In this document: positions 1-9,790 of the stretch, one piece after another
How the letters are laid out: every line of letters starts with the position of its first letter
Position numbering within the stretch: the first letter of the stretch is position 1
Origin: Phycisphaerae bacterium
GTDB lineage: Bacteria > Planctomycetota > Phycisphaerae > SM23-33
Length of the DNA stretch: 64,000 bases
Reading direction: 5' to 3'
NCBI GenBank assembly: GCA_041661865.1
Contig: JBAZTO010000004.1
Location: 614-64,613, forward strand
Position numbers and translations under genes: made by a program
Notes under the pieces: model-generated
Databases searched by the model: none
What the model was told of the DNA's origin: nothing
The model's input: the letters and a program-made list of their open reading frames with translations, nothing else

Positions 1-343
1 TCGGCCGTTCGATCACGCCCGCCTGCTGGCGGCTACGCTGGCCGGCGCCTTGGACCTGCCCCTGGGCGATGAGCTGGTGCGCACCCGACACACCCCGCCG
101 CAGGTGCACCTGGCCCGCAGCCGACGGATCGAAAACGTCCGCGGCGCCTTCGGCCTGGTCAGGCCCGCGTCGCTGGCCGGCGCGCATGTGCTGCTGGTGG
201 ACGACGTCACCACCACCGGCGCCACAGCCAACGAGGCCACCCGGACGCTGCTGGAGGGCGGAGTCTCAGCCGTGACGCTGACCGTCATCGCCAAGAGCGA
301 ACCGCCCACCGCGTATGCCGATCACTGGCGAACGACTCCTTGA
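1..343 (+). CDS. ComF-family phosphoribosyltransferase, C-terminal part (5' end lies upstream of window)
   Basis: Frame of ORF 50..343 stays open to position 1; PRTase motif HVLLVDDVTTTGAT typical of ComFC. Confidence 0.7.
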   Translation, partial: RPFDHARLLAATLAGALDLPLGDELVRTRHTPPQVHLARSRRIENVRGAFGLVRPASLAGAHVLLVDDVTTTGATANEATRTLLEGGVSAVTLTVIAKSEPPTAYADHWRTTP

Positions 344-402
344 GACAAGTGCGAAGATCGAAGTGCGAAGTAACATCAAGAGGCCAAGCCGGCCCCTTCG
401 CA

Positions 403-864
403 CTACGCACTACGCACTTTTTTTCCAAGGAACCCCTCCAGCAGTTCTTCCTCTCTCGCGTGCATCTTGGCGGCGCCGCGGATGGAGCTGTCTTCGTAGC
501 CCATCAGGTGCAGCAGGCCGTGAGTGACGTAGAGCAGCAGCTCGCGCTGGGCGGGCAGGCGGCGGGCGCGGGCCTGCTGGGCGGCGACGTCCCCGCAGAC
601 GACCAACTGGGCGCTGATGCCGCCCCGGCCGCTCTCGGAAATGTCGAAGCTGAGCACGTCCGTCGGCCCGGCGTGGCTGAGGAAGCGGCGGTTAAGCGAT
701 GAGATTTCGCTCGAGGCCACCACGGCCAGGTCGATCTCCGCGATGCGGGCGCCCTCAGCTCTGGCGACGAAGGCCACCAGCTCGGCGATCTTCTTACGCG
801 GCACGCGAATGGCCTTCTGGGAGGAGGAAATCGCCACTTTCGGTTTCATTGCTCTGGCTGTCAT
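403..864 (-). CDS. ybeY: endoribonuclease YbeY (rRNA maturation factor)
   Basis: 153-aa ORF with zinc motif THGLLHLMGYED (HGxLHLxGYDH) characteristic of YbeY. Confidence 0.85.
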   Translation of the reverse strand: MTARAMKPKVAISSSQKAIRVPRKKIAELVAFVARAEGARIAEIDLAVVASSEISSLNRRFLSHAGPTDVLSFDISESGRGGISAQLVVCGDVAAQQARARRLPAQRELLLYVTHGLLHLMGYEDSSIRGAAKMHAREEELLEGFLGKKVRSA

Positions 865-1012
865 TATCGATGACCTTTGTCTTGGGGGTTGTGACAGGTT
901 AGAGGTTAGAGAACCTCACTCAGCGGCCCGCTCCCGCCTGCCTGTAGCCTTTTCACTCTTCGCAACCTGCTATTCTCAAGATCGAAGATTGGAATATCGA
1001 CGGTAAGCCAAC

Positions 1013-1441
1013 CTACTTCTCTGGGCCTCTTGCTGCACCAGGCAGGTCTATCTTCCAGCCTCGCAGCAATCTCCTTCGTCCATACGGCTTGGTGCTGCCA
1101 TCCGGCATGAATTGCGAAAGTATCGTGTCCTCGATCATCAACCTGTGGCCGCAACGACATTTGCCAACAAATGAGTTAGCCTGTCCCGGTGACCATTCAA
1201 TATCGTCATGCCGACATCTTCCCGAGGGGCAAGTCAAAGGTGACGCCATGTATATCACGATCCAGTACATTCCCTTTAGCAGCAATATGGCCCCCACAGC
1301 TCCAACAACGGCTCCAGCGATTGCCCCAGCCCAGCCAAAACGCGAATACCCGGCCCGCCCCAAGGCAATACCAGCTGCCACCCACAGGAAAAAGGCGAAT
1401 AGCTCGATTAGCGTGAATCCTTTTTTCTGAGTTTCCGGCAT
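1013..1441 (-). CDS. hypothetical membrane protein with Cys-rich C-terminal region
   Basis: 142-aa ORF, two predicted TM helices (WVAAGIALG..., AVVGAVGAILLL), CxxC pairs; no recognisable family. Confidence 0.4.
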   Translation of the reverse strand: MPETQKKGFTLIELFAFFLWVAAGIALGRAGYSRFGWAGAIAGAVVGAVGAILLLKGMYWIVIYMASPLTCPSGRCRHDDIEWSPGQANSFVGKCRCGHRLMIEDTILSQFMPDGSTKPYGRRRLLRGWKIDLPGAARGPEK

Positions 1442-1457
1442 TTATTTCCCTTCCTAC

Positions 1458-3212
1458 TCATTGCTCTGTTGTGACCACATCTGATTTACGACTCTTATTG
1501 TTTTCATCCCCGCCGGGTATTGTCGTTGGAATCAGCGACTGCCCATCCAGACCCGGCGGGACGGGCCGGCCCAGCAGTTCCAGCAGCGTGGGCATCAGGT
1601 CCACCGTTCGGGCGATGGTCTGCTGTGTGTGCGGCACGCCAGGCCCGGCCAGCAGCATCGGCACGTACATGTCCTGCGGGAACGTGCCGCCGTGGCCGGC
1701 GCGGTGGGTTCGGTTGAAGTCCCAGCCGGGGGCGGCAAAGGCCACCAGGTCGCCCGCGCGCGGCGAACGGAAATACGCCAGGATCTGCGCGGGCAGGTCC
1801 GGGTAAGCTGTGCCCGCCGTCGCCTCCAGCCATTGGCGTGGCGTGGCGGGCTGGCCGGCTAACAGTTCGGCGGGCACCTTGCCGCTCCAGCCCAGCACGT
1901 CGGTCCCGGAGATCGCGCGGAAGGTGATGGGCTTGCCCCTGCCGCCGTCCTGGCGGAACTCCACCAGGCCGTTCTTGCGGATCACGCGGATGCAGTCGGT
2001 ATCGGTCTGGTAGGCCACCGAGTCGATGGCCTCCTGCCGGACCAGGCGATCGGGCAGGTCCACGCCGCCATCGCGGGCGGGATACTTGCGGAGATCCTCC
2101 GCCGAGGGGCGAACCGGCCAGGGCTCCCAACCGGCGGGTTGACTGGCCTTGAGGAGAGGCTTTCGCATGCACAGGGCGAAATACCGGTCGCCGCTGCCGT
2201 AGGAGACGACGGTGATCTTACGGTGGTCAGCCAGCCGCCGCTCGAAGGGAATGTCCTCCGCCCATTCCTTGTCGTTGACCGCCAGGCCGATCTGCTCGCG
2301 GAGAAATTCCTTGAACTCAAAGTGCCGCGTCACGTCGCTCATGCCGTGATCGCTGACAAGAGCAATGACCACCTTGTCCAACTCTCCGGCGCGATCCAGG
2401 TCGCCCAGCACGCGCCCGATCTGGCGATCGCTGTGGAGCAGGGCCTCGCGATACTGCGGGCTGCTGACGCCGCACTGGTAGGCCCGCATGTCCGGGGCGA
2501 GCAGGTAGACGAACGTGACGGCTGGGAATTGGTGGTACTCGCGGGCGATGTCCATGGCTGCACCCAGCCGGTGAAGGCTGATGCGGTCGACGAATTCATA
2601 CCAGCCGAAGAAAAACGGCGGGCCCGCGGAGGTCCAGTTCTCATAGAACTTGGTGGTCCCGCGGTGCGGCTGAAAGAACAGCGAGAAGGTCAGCGCGTCG
2701 GGGAATTGCTCGTAGAGGTTGGCGGCACGGTAATCGCTGTCCAGCTCGTTCTTCTGCGCGATGGTGTCGTAGTCGCGCCAGATGAGCTGGTTGCGGTCGA
2801 ACCAGTTCACGCCGGTGATGTTGTGGTGCCCGGGGAAAAGCCCCGTCACGACGCTGGTCTCGTTGGCCAGTGTGACCGAGGGAATGTTGGCAATGGCGTG
2901 GGGGGCATAAAGCCCGCGGTCCACGAAGTATTTCTGGATGGCTGGCAGTTGCCCGGCGGCGAGCATCTGCTGGAAGGTTTCGGTATCGACGCCGTCGACG
3001 AAGAATACGATCGCGCCCTTCTGGACTGACTGGGGCGGAAGCGAAAAATCCACGCCGAAGCTGTCGGCTTTGCCCTGGGCGGCTGGGACGCCGCAGCCGC
3101 AGGCGGACATCAGGACCAGGGCGCACCAGGCCGCCGCCCCGACCAGGGAACGCAGCCGTGTCTGGGAACACGCCCAAACGCCGCCGGATGTCCGATGCCT
3201 GCTGCCGATCAT
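1458..3212 (-). CDS. alkaline-phosphatase-superfamily nucleotide pyrophosphatase/phosphodiesterase, probable lipoprotein
   Basis: Motifs GLFPGHHNITG, LVSDHGMSDV typical of type I phosphodiesterase/NPP; lipobox LMSAC after internal Met; ORF extends to 3290 so start is uncertain. Confidence 0.75.
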   Translation of the reverse strand: MIGSRHRTSGGVWACSQTRLRSLVGAAAWCALVLMSACGCGVPAAQGKADSFGVDFSLPPQSVQKGAIVFFVDGVDTETFQQMLAAGQLPAIQKYFVDRGLYAPHAIANIPSVTLANETSVVTGLFPGHHNITGVNWFDRNQLIWRDYDTIAQKNELDSDYRAANLYEQFPDALTFSLFFQPHRGTTKFYENWTSAGPPFFFGWYEFVDRISLHRLGAAMDIAREYHQFPAVTFVYLLAPDMRAYQCGVSSPQYREALLHSDRQIGRVLGDLDRAGELDKVVIALVSDHGMSDVTRHFEFKEFLREQIGLAVNDKEWAEDIPFERRLADHRKITVVSYGSGDRYFALCMRKPLLKASQPAGWEPWPVRPSAEDLRKYPARDGGVDLPDRLVRQEAIDSVAYQTDTDCIRVIRKNGLVEFRQDGGRGKPITFRAISGTDVLGWSGKVPAELLAGQPATPRQWLEATAGTAYPDLPAQILAYFRSPRAGDLVAFAAPGWDFNRTHRAGHGGTFPQDMYVPMLLAGPGVPHTQQTIARTVDLMPTLLELLGRPVPPGLDGQSLIPTTIPGGDENNKSRKSDVVTTEQ

Positions 3213-3320
3213 CTTCCTCGCCGCCGTGAGAACGCGAAACCGCACGAAGTGGGGAAGTCTACCGGGGCCTTGCCCGTGCGGCCAACTCAAAAACGGACGA
3301 CCACGGATGCCTCCGGGCTG

Positions 3321-4184
3321 CTACTTGGGCATCTTCATATCGTTGGCGGTGGGCAGGAAGTCGCTGGGGGTCAGGCCCATGTTGAACTTGATGTTGCGGA
3401 AGATGTACCGCGAGGAAAGCTTCTGCTCCCAGTCGTATCCTTCGATGGCGATGGGAACGAGGTATTCCATGTCGATGAAGGTGACGGTCTTGCAGGAGGG
3501 GTATTGGTCCCTGGGCGGCAGGTGGCGGACCAGGACGATGCTCTTGCGCCCGTCCACTTCGGCATAGCCGCCGAAATCTTCCTTGAGTTCCCCGGCGGCC
3601 TGGGCCTGCCGGTAAACCGTCAGCAGCGCCTCCAGCGAGTTCTTGAAGCCGAACTTGTTGACCGGGCGAAGCGTGTTCTTCATGGCCTCGGCGCCGTCAG
3701 GCTGGCGCATGACCGTGCCGACCAGTTGCCCCAGCATGCCCTTGGGCCGCACGAGCATCTGGTTGCCGTATTTGCCCTCGACGTAGACCACGCGGTCGCC
3801 GACGGGGGCCGTCTCAGGCGTCCATTTCATCGCCACGCTGAAGGGGGCGTCCAGGAACTTCACGTCCATCTGCTGTTCCTTGCCGACGACGTGATTGATC
3901 TGCTCCTGCTTGATCAGCGTGCAGGTGTAGTCGTGATAGCGGCCTTCGTAGTTCTTCAGGCAGTATTCCAGCAGGGCGACGTGGTCGGTCCTGGCCAGTT
4001 TTTCGACGGTGGCCTGGACGCTCAGGGCGTTCTCGCCGACGGCCTGCCCCGCGACAGCCACCAGCAGGTGCGACTGGCGGAAGGCTTCGGTTCGGGAGCA
4101 CAGGATGCAGAAGAGGGAGGCGACCAGAACCCCCACGAGGACGCGAACATGGCGGTTCGTCGGGCGGAATAAGCGCTTTGTCAT
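3321..4184 (-). CDS. hypothetical exported protein
   Basis: ORF 3321..4223; start taken at Met14 (MTKRLF) before a hydrophobic signal-like segment VLVGVLVASLFCIL; co-oriented upstream of the phosphodiesterase gene. Confidence 0.5.
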   Translation of the reverse strand: MTKRLFRPTNRHVRVLVGVLVASLFCILCSRTEAFRQSHLLVAVAGQAVGENALSVQATVEKLARTDHVALLEYCLKNYEGRYHDYTCTLIKQEQINHVVGKEQQMDVKFLDAPFSVAMKWTPETAPVGDRVVYVEGKYGNQMLVRPKGMLGQLVGTVMRQPDGAEAMKNTLRPVNKFGFKNSLEALLTVYRQAQAAGELKEDFGGYAEVDGRKSIVLVRHLPPRDQYPSCKTVTFIDMEYLVPIAIEGYDWEQKLSSRYIFRNIKFNMGLTPSDFLPTANDMKMPK

Positions 4185-4430
4185 ACGGCACCTCGTCTCA
4201 GCGAACTTCGCGGGCCTGCACATACTTACGTCGGCCAGGGGGCAAAACCAACTTTAATTTTTTCGTCAAGTCGGCGTGAGACTGGGGTCAGTGTAGGGAT
4301 GTAGGGGGGGGCAATCAAGAAAAAAACAGACCGAAGCCCTTGGCAGCGAGACAGCCAGCCTTTGGCTCCGGCTCTCAATCGTAGCCTAACAACATATCTT
4401 GCAAAGTGTTACATCCACGACCCGGACGGA

Positions 4431-4661
4431 TCAGGCCGGCCGGACATGCGGGGTTTCGTGGAGGAATGTCGGTGCCCGCACAATCAGGTATACTCCTGCC
4501 AGTCCGACAATTGTGTAAATCACCCTGGCGAGGGCCTCGTAGGGGCCGCAGAGGGTCGAAACCAGGTTAAAGTTGGCTATCCCCAACAATCCCCAGTTCA
4601 GCCCGCCAATACACAATAACGCCAATACCACCAAATCCAGAATGTGCAGTTTGGATGACAT
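4431..4661 (-). CDS. DUF378-family small membrane protein
   Basis: 76-aa, two TM helices, GLNWGLLG motif typical of DUF378. Confidence 0.65.
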   Translation of the reverse strand: MSSKLHILDLVVLALLCIGGLNWGLLGIANFNLVSTLCGPYEALARVIYTIVGLAGVYLIVRAPTFLHETPHVRPA

Positions 4662-4796
4662 GGTTTTTTATCTCCTTGCATCAGTTAGTCTTGCTTCTTG
4701 CCCGGCAGCTTACATAGCTGGGCGTTTCTCCCCTGTCAGGACATTATAGCGCGCCGCAAGGCTGGGTAGGGCCCGCGTCCGGTTCTGCCAACGCTC

Positions 4797-7589
4797 TTGC
4801 CCTCGCAGCGGCGGTGGCCTATGATCGCCGGCGTGAATACAGAGGGCAGCGAGCAACTCGATACCCCCGCGATGCGCCAGTACCGCGGCTTCAAGGAGCA
4901 GTACGGCGACTACCTTCTGCTGTTCCGCATGGGCGACTTCTATGAGATGTTCTACGAGGACGCCAAGACCGCCTCGCGCGTGCTGGGACTGACGCTGACT
5001 TCCCGCTCCAAGGGCCCCACGGCTGTGCCGCTGGCGGGCATTCCCTATCACGCCCTCGACGGCTATCTCGCCCGCATGGTCAAGGCCGGACTGAGGGTGG
5101 CCATCTGCGAACAGGTCGAAGACCCCAAGCAGGCCAGCGGCGTGGTGCGTCGCGACGTGACGCGCCTGGTCACCCCCGGCACGCTGACGGACCAGGCCCT
5201 GCTCGACCAGCGCGAGGGCAATTACCTTGCGGCGATTTTCGCGTTGGGTGGAGGGAAATCCCCCAGCAATGCTGGGGGCTTGAACAACCGCATGCCCTCG
5301 GCGTCGACGGAACAAACCCATGCTCTGAAGCCCCCGGCATCGTCGGGGGATTCTGGGAGCGTTTCGTCACGAATTGCCGGCCGCGATTCGCGCGCTGCCG
5401 AGCCGGCCGGACTGGCATGGGTGGAGCTTTCCAGCGGGACTTTCTGGGCGATGAAGCTCTCCAGCGAGCACCTGCTGGACGAGCTGGTCCGCATCGGCCC
5501 CTCGGAGGTGATCCTGGCTGAGGGCAGCAGCCTGGACGGTCCCACCTTCCGCGCCGCCCTGGGCCAGAGCACTTCCACCGCAGTCACCAGCCGCCCGCCG
5601 TGGGCCTTCGACGCCCGCGCCGCCACCGAGGCCCTCAATCAGCATTTCGGCACAGCCACGCTGGAGGGCTTTGGCTTTGACGGCTGGGATGAATCGCTCT
5701 CGGCGGCCGGGGCGGTCATCGAGTACCTCCGCGAGACGCAGAAAACCGCCCTGGGCCACATCCGTGCCCTGCGGCGTTTCGAGCGGGCCGACCACATGAT
5801 TATCGACGGCAACACGCTCCGCTGCCTGGAGGTCCACCGCACGCTTCGCACCGGCCAGCGGGCCGGCTCGCTGCTGGCCTGCATCGACTGCACCGCCACC
5901 GGCATGGGCGCGCGCCTGCTGGAGCGTTGGCTGACCTTCCCGCTCAACGGCTACAGCGCGATTTTAGCCCGCCAGGACGCCATCGAGGAACTGACCCTTG
6001 ACCGGCCGCGGCTGGGGGAGATCCGCGCGACCCTGGCGGAGATGGCCCAGGTGGACCGCATCGCCTCGGCCATCGCCCTGGCGCGCGTGCGCCCGCGCGA
6101 ACTGCTGGCCCTGGGCGACAGCCTGGCCCTGCTGCCCCGGCTGGCTGCTGCCGTCGCGCCCTGCCAGAGCGATCTCGTGGCGGCGTTGGCCCCCAGGTTG
6201 ACCGGGTTGGAAGAGCCCGCCGCCCGTATCGCCGCCGCCATCGACCGCGACTGCTCGCACGCCATCCGCGACGGCGGGGTCATCGCCAACGGCTTCCACG
6301 AGGAACTCGACCGCCTCCGCCGCATCGGCAGCGACGGGGCGAGCTGGCTGGCGGACTACCAGGCCGCCCAGGCGGCGCGGGTGGGAATCCCCAACCTCAA
6401 GGTCGGCTACAACCGCGTCTTCGGCTACTACATCGAGATCACCAACGCTCACGCCGCAAAGGTTCCCGGCGACTACGTCCGCAAGCAGACGCTCAAGAAC
6501 GCCGAGCGATACATCACCGACGATCTGAAGCGATACGAGTCGGAGGTGCTCTCCGCCGGCGAGCGGGCCAAGGCGCTGGAGGCCCAGCTTTTCGAGCAGC
6601 TCCGCAACGAGTTGTGCGCGCACATCCCGGCCCTGCAAGCCGCCGCCGAGGCCATCGCCACGCTGGACGTGCTGGCGGGGCTGGCGCAACTGGCCGTCGA
6701 ACGCGACTACCGCCGCCCGACCCTCACGCAGGACAACGTGCTGCACATCGTCGATGGGCGGCACCCGGGCCTGGCCCTCCAACTCCGCGAGCAGTTCGTG
6801 CCCAACGACGTCCACATGGACGCCAGGGACAACCGCCTGCTCATCATCACCGGACCCAACATGGCCGGCAAGAGCACCTACATCCGCCAGACCGCCTTGC
6901 TGACGCTGCTGGCCCAGATCGGTAGCTTCATCCCCGCCTCCGAGGCGACCATCGGCCTGGTGGACCGCATCTTCACCCGCGTGGGCGCCGCCGACGAACT
7001 GGCCCGCGGGCTGTCGACCTTCATGCTGGAGATGGTCGAGACGGCCAACATCCTCAACAACGCCACCTCGCGCTCGCTGGTGATTCTCGACGAGGTGGGG
7101 CGCGGCACCAGCACCACCGACGGCCTGGCCCTGGCCTGGGCCATCTGCGAGTACATCGCCCTCCACGCCCGCTGCCGCGCGCTGTTCGCCACCCACTACC
7201 ACGAACTGACCGAACTGGAGAGCCTGCTGGACGGCACGACCAACCTCAACGTGGCTGTCCGCGAATGGGCCGACGAGGTCATCTTCCTCCATAAGATCGT
7301 CCCCGGCGGCACCGACCGCAGCTACGGCGTCCACGTGGCCCGCCTGGCGGGAGTGCCCAAGGAAGTCATCGACCGCGCCCGCGCCATCCTGCCGCAGATC
7401 CAGGCCCACCTGGCCGAGGGGCTGGACATGCCGGCACTGGCGGAGCGGGCACGGGCTGCCGCCGCCCAGATGGAACTCTTCGCCGACCCCGCCACCCGCG
7501 TTGCACGCGAAATCAAGGCCGTCGATCTGGACAACCTGACCCCCCTGGCCGCCCTGGACCTCCTCCGCAAGCTCAAGTCAGATCTGTAA
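4797..7589 (+). CDS. mutS: DNA mismatch repair protein MutS
   Basis: 930-aa ORF; N-terminal mismatch-binding motif LLFRMGDFYEMF; Walker A GPNMAGKST; C-terminal HTH; alternative start at 4821. Confidence 0.95.
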   Translation: MPSQRRWPMIAGVNTEGSEQLDTPAMRQYRGFKEQYGDYLLLFRMGDFYEMFYEDAKTASRVLGLTLTSRSKGPTAVPLAGIPYHALDGYLARMVKAGLRVAICEQVEDPKQASGVVRRDVTRLVTPGTLTDQALLDQREGNYLAAIFALGGGKSPSNAGGLNNRMPSASTEQTHALKPPASSGDSGSVSSRIAGRDSRAAEPAGLAWVELSSGTFWAMKLSSEHLLDELVRIGPSEVILAEGSSLDGPTFRAALGQSTSTAVTSRPPWAFDARAATEALNQHFGTATLEGFGFDGWDESLSAAGAVIEYLRETQKTALGHIRALRRFERADHMIIDGNTLRCLEVHRTLRTGQRAGSLLACIDCTATGMGARLLERWLTFPLNGYSAILARQDAIEELTLDRPRLGEIRATLAEMAQVDRIASAIALARVRPRELLALGDSLALLPRLAAAVAPCQSDLVAALAPRLTGLEEPAARIAAAIDRDCSHAIRDGGVIANGFHEELDRLRRIGSDGASWLADYQAAQAARVGIPNLKVGYNRVFGYYIEITNAHAAKVPGDYVRKQTLKNAERYITDDLKRYESEVLSAGERAKALEAQLFEQLRNELCAHIPALQAAAEAIATLDVLAGLAQLAVERDYRRPTLTQDNVLHIVDGRHPGLALQLREQFVPNDVHMDARDNRLLIITGPNMAGKSTYIRQTALLTLLAQIGSFIPASEATIGLVDRIFTRVGAADELARGLSTFMLEMVETANILNNATSRSLVILDEVGRGTSTTDGLALAWAICEYIALHARCRALFATHYHELTELESLLDGTTNLNVAVREWADEVIFLHKIVPGGTDRSYGVHVARLAGVPKEVIDRARAILPQIQAHLAEGLDMPALAERARAAAAQMELFADPATRVAREIKAVDLDNLTPLAALDLLRKLKSDL

Positions 7590-7970
7590 CGGGCTTCGGA
7601 GGATGTTTTGACAGAGCCTATGACATAATACTTTGTAAATAAGAGTGTTATGTTTATGTTTCTTCTTGGGCACACGTTGCGTAACGTCAACATTCAAGCC
7701 CCCTAGGCCATGAATCAGGGAATTCCTGAGCCTCATTTCCAAGTCAGCCGCTGTGCGGCCGCCTTCCATGTTTCTCATATGCAACATGCCCACACATCCG
7801 GACCAGCTAGCCCGTGTTAATAATCGAGTTTTACGATTGTAACCACCTATAAAAAAATCACTTATAATGTGCTAAATCGCTTACATTTTTCCGCCGCTAT
7901 TGGCATTGTCGTTGCCTATAGTGGAATAGGGAAGTCACCGAGAAGGTCTACATAGTTGAGGGAGGCTGCC

Positions 7971-8246
7971 ATGAACGAGGCGGCGCTTAAGAAGAGGATC
8001 GATGAGTTGAACGAAGCCTTGGCCCATGCCCCGGTCGAGCCCGGAAAGCTCGCATCCGAGGATGTTTTGCTGCATTCATCCGGCAAAGGCAAGGAGAGTG
8101 TGGATGACCTTTTGGACTACCTGCGGTTGCAGGTGAAGTATCTGATGTTCGACCTGGAGGCCACCAAACGCGAGAACAGCTACCTTCGGCGGATGCTGGA
8201 AGCCCGGCAAAAGCCCGGCGACGACGGCGACGGATCCAAATGGTAG
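7971..8246 (+). CDS. small coiled-coil protein, hypothetical (91 aa)
   Basis: ATG 7971 preceded by GAGGGAGG SD; upstream 350-bp AT-rich region; downstream hairpin + T-tract terminator (8340-8383); coding-like GC3. Confidence 0.5.
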   Translation: MNEAALKKRIDELNEALAHAPVEPGKLASEDVLLHSSGKGKESVDDLLDYLRLQVKYLMFDLEATKRENSYLRRMLEARQKPGDDGDGSKW

Positions 8247-8339
8247 CCCAAGCACGATAGAGCAGTTGCCAGGAGCCCTTGGAGCGCTGCGCCCGAGCGA
8301 CCTGCCCGGTAGTGTTCGGACGCCAGCGCAGTTAGTGAG

Positions 8340-8383
8340 AGCACGGCCTCTTACTCCCCCCTGAGAGTGCCGTGCTTTTTTAT
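8340..8383 (+). terminator. rho-independent terminator of the small 7971-8246 gene
   Basis: stem AGCACGGC/GCCGTGCT followed by TTTTTTATTT. Confidence 0.5.
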
Positions 8384-8710
8384 TTCTTTGTCTTCGCGGG
8401 GGTTGCAGCCGGTGGCCAGAACACCTCAAGCCCGCTCCGTCAGGCAGTCGATAATCAAGTTGTTGGGATGATCGACGTGCGATGCCCCAACCTATGGTGT
8501 GTGGCCTCATTCCTGGGTGTGATGCGGTGCCGCCTAGGAAGGAGTGCGAGGCGACCGGAAAAGTTCAGAAAAACGTTCATGTTCGGCTTGACGTTCGGCC
8601 GATGTTAGGCTACCATGCGACAAACAAAGACCAAACAGTTATTGTCGGGCCTGCTCTCAAGGACGCTGAGCAAGGCAAAGAAATGCGGGCCTGTGCAGGG
8701 AGGTGGGATT

Positions 8711-9343
8711 ATGGCGACAGTGGCAGCGGCTTGCCAGTTCGGCCCCGGCGGCGACTTCGTCCGAACCTGGCCGAAGGGATCGCTGGCGCGGTGCGGTCAG
8801 GTGGCCATTGACCTGGTCAAGCTGGCGCGGTTCAGAGGCTTGGAATCGCCGGTGACCAGCTTTGGCCCGGCGGGGATCGCCTGGCAGCGCTCGGCCGTCG
8901 AAGGCGGCGCAACCGCTTCGCCGGTCTCAGCCGACGGAGTCCTGGCCAGCGGCGCGATGCCGGTCTCGGCCTTGAGCGTCCCCGGCAGGAAAGATACGAC
9001 ACTGCCCTCGCTGGAGTCGGTGACTTCCAGCCTGGCTAACCTGCTTGAGCCCGATCTGGCCAGGCAAAACTTCAAGGCCCCCAGCGGCCTGTACGTCTCC
9101 CAGGAGACGGCGGAGGAGCATGATGCGCACACAAGCTACTGTCACGCCGAGGCAACTGGAGATTCTTCGCTTCATCGGAGACTTTCGCAGGCAGAACGGC
9201 TTTTCCCCGACGATGCAGGAAATTGGCGACCACTTGCACCTGACGAAGGTCACCGCCTTCGAGCACGTCGAGGCCCTCGTCGAAAAGTCGCTGCTCATCC
9301 GTGGCCCCAAGCACAGGGCTCGCTCTTTACGGGTAGCCTCTGA
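8711..9343 (+). CDS. hypothetical Ala/Ser/Gly-rich protein with no stop codon before lexA (possible frameshifted gene/pseudogene)
   Basis: ATG 8711 with strong SD GGGAGGTGGG; high GC3 from 8711 to about 9120, then GC3 collapses where frame overlaps lexA (9120-9343); true 3' end unresolved. Confidence 0.25.
   Translation: MATVAAACQFGPGGDFVRTWPKGSLARCGQVAIDLVKLARFRGLESPVTSFGPAGIAWQRSAVEGGATASPVSADGVLASGAMPVSALSVPGRKDTTLPSLESVTSSLANLLEPDLARQNFKAPSGLYVSQETAEEHDAHTSYCHAEATGDSSLHRRLSQAERLFPDDAGNWRPLAPDEGHRLRARRGPRRKVAAHPWPQAQGSLFTGSL
9094..9109 (+). promoter_or_regulatory. inverted repeat CGTCTCC-CA-GGAGACG overlapping the lexA ribosome-binding region; candidate LexA autoregulatory operator
   Basis: Perfect 7-bp arms, 11-26 nt upstream of lexA ATG; motif identity for this phylum unknown. 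Confidence 0.3.
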
Positions 9344-9737
9344 TTTTGAGCTTCCCGACGAGCGGCCGACCAAGATGCCGCTGGTGGGCAAGGTCGCAGC
9401 CGGCCTGCCCATCGAGGCGATGGAGGACCGCCAGACCTTTGACATGGAAGAACTGTTCGAGGGCAGCGGCGAATCGTTCGTGCTCCAGGTGACCGGCAAC
9501 AGCATGATCGACGAGCACATCCAGAACGGCGACTACGTCATCTGCCGCCGCGGGCGCGAACCGCGAAATGGCGAGACGGTGGTGGCCCTGCTCGAAGAGG
9601 GCCAGGCCACGCTGAAGAAGTTCTACCGCGAGAAAGGCCGCATCCGCCTCCAGCCGGCCAACCCCGCCTTCAAACCCATCTACGCCCAGCAGGTGGACGT
9701 CCAGGGCGTCGTCGTCGGAGTGGTGAGGAAAGTCTGA
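9120..9737 (+). CDS. lexA: LexA repressor (SOS regulator, S24 peptidase)
   Basis: N-terminal winged HTH (TPRQLEILRFI...), Ala-Gly cleavage site VAAGLP, S24 catalytic Ser (GNSMID) and Lys (ATLKKF); start at MMRTQ; ORF track begins at 9045. Confidence 0.9.
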   Translation: MMRTQATVTPRQLEILRFIGDFRRQNGFSPTMQEIGDHLHLTKVTAFEHVEALVEKSLLIRGPKHRARSLRVASDFELPDERPTKMPLVGKVAAGLPIEAMEDRQTFDMEELFEGSGESFVLQVTGNSMIDEHIQNGDYVICRRGREPRNGETVVALLEEGQATLKKFYREKGRIRLQPANPAFKPIYAQQVDVQGVVVGVVRKV

Positions 9738-9740
9738 AGC

Positions 9741-9790
9741 CAATGACGAATGACGAAGTGCGAATGACGAATCAATGACGAAACGTCACG
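9741..9790. repeat. GAATGACGAA-family repeat arm (forward orientation) directly after lexA stop
   Basis: caatgacgaatgacgaagtgcgaatgacgaatcaatgacgaaacg; inverted partner at 11368-11420; complete IR copies at 30786-30909 and 34249-34380. Confidence 0.7.
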
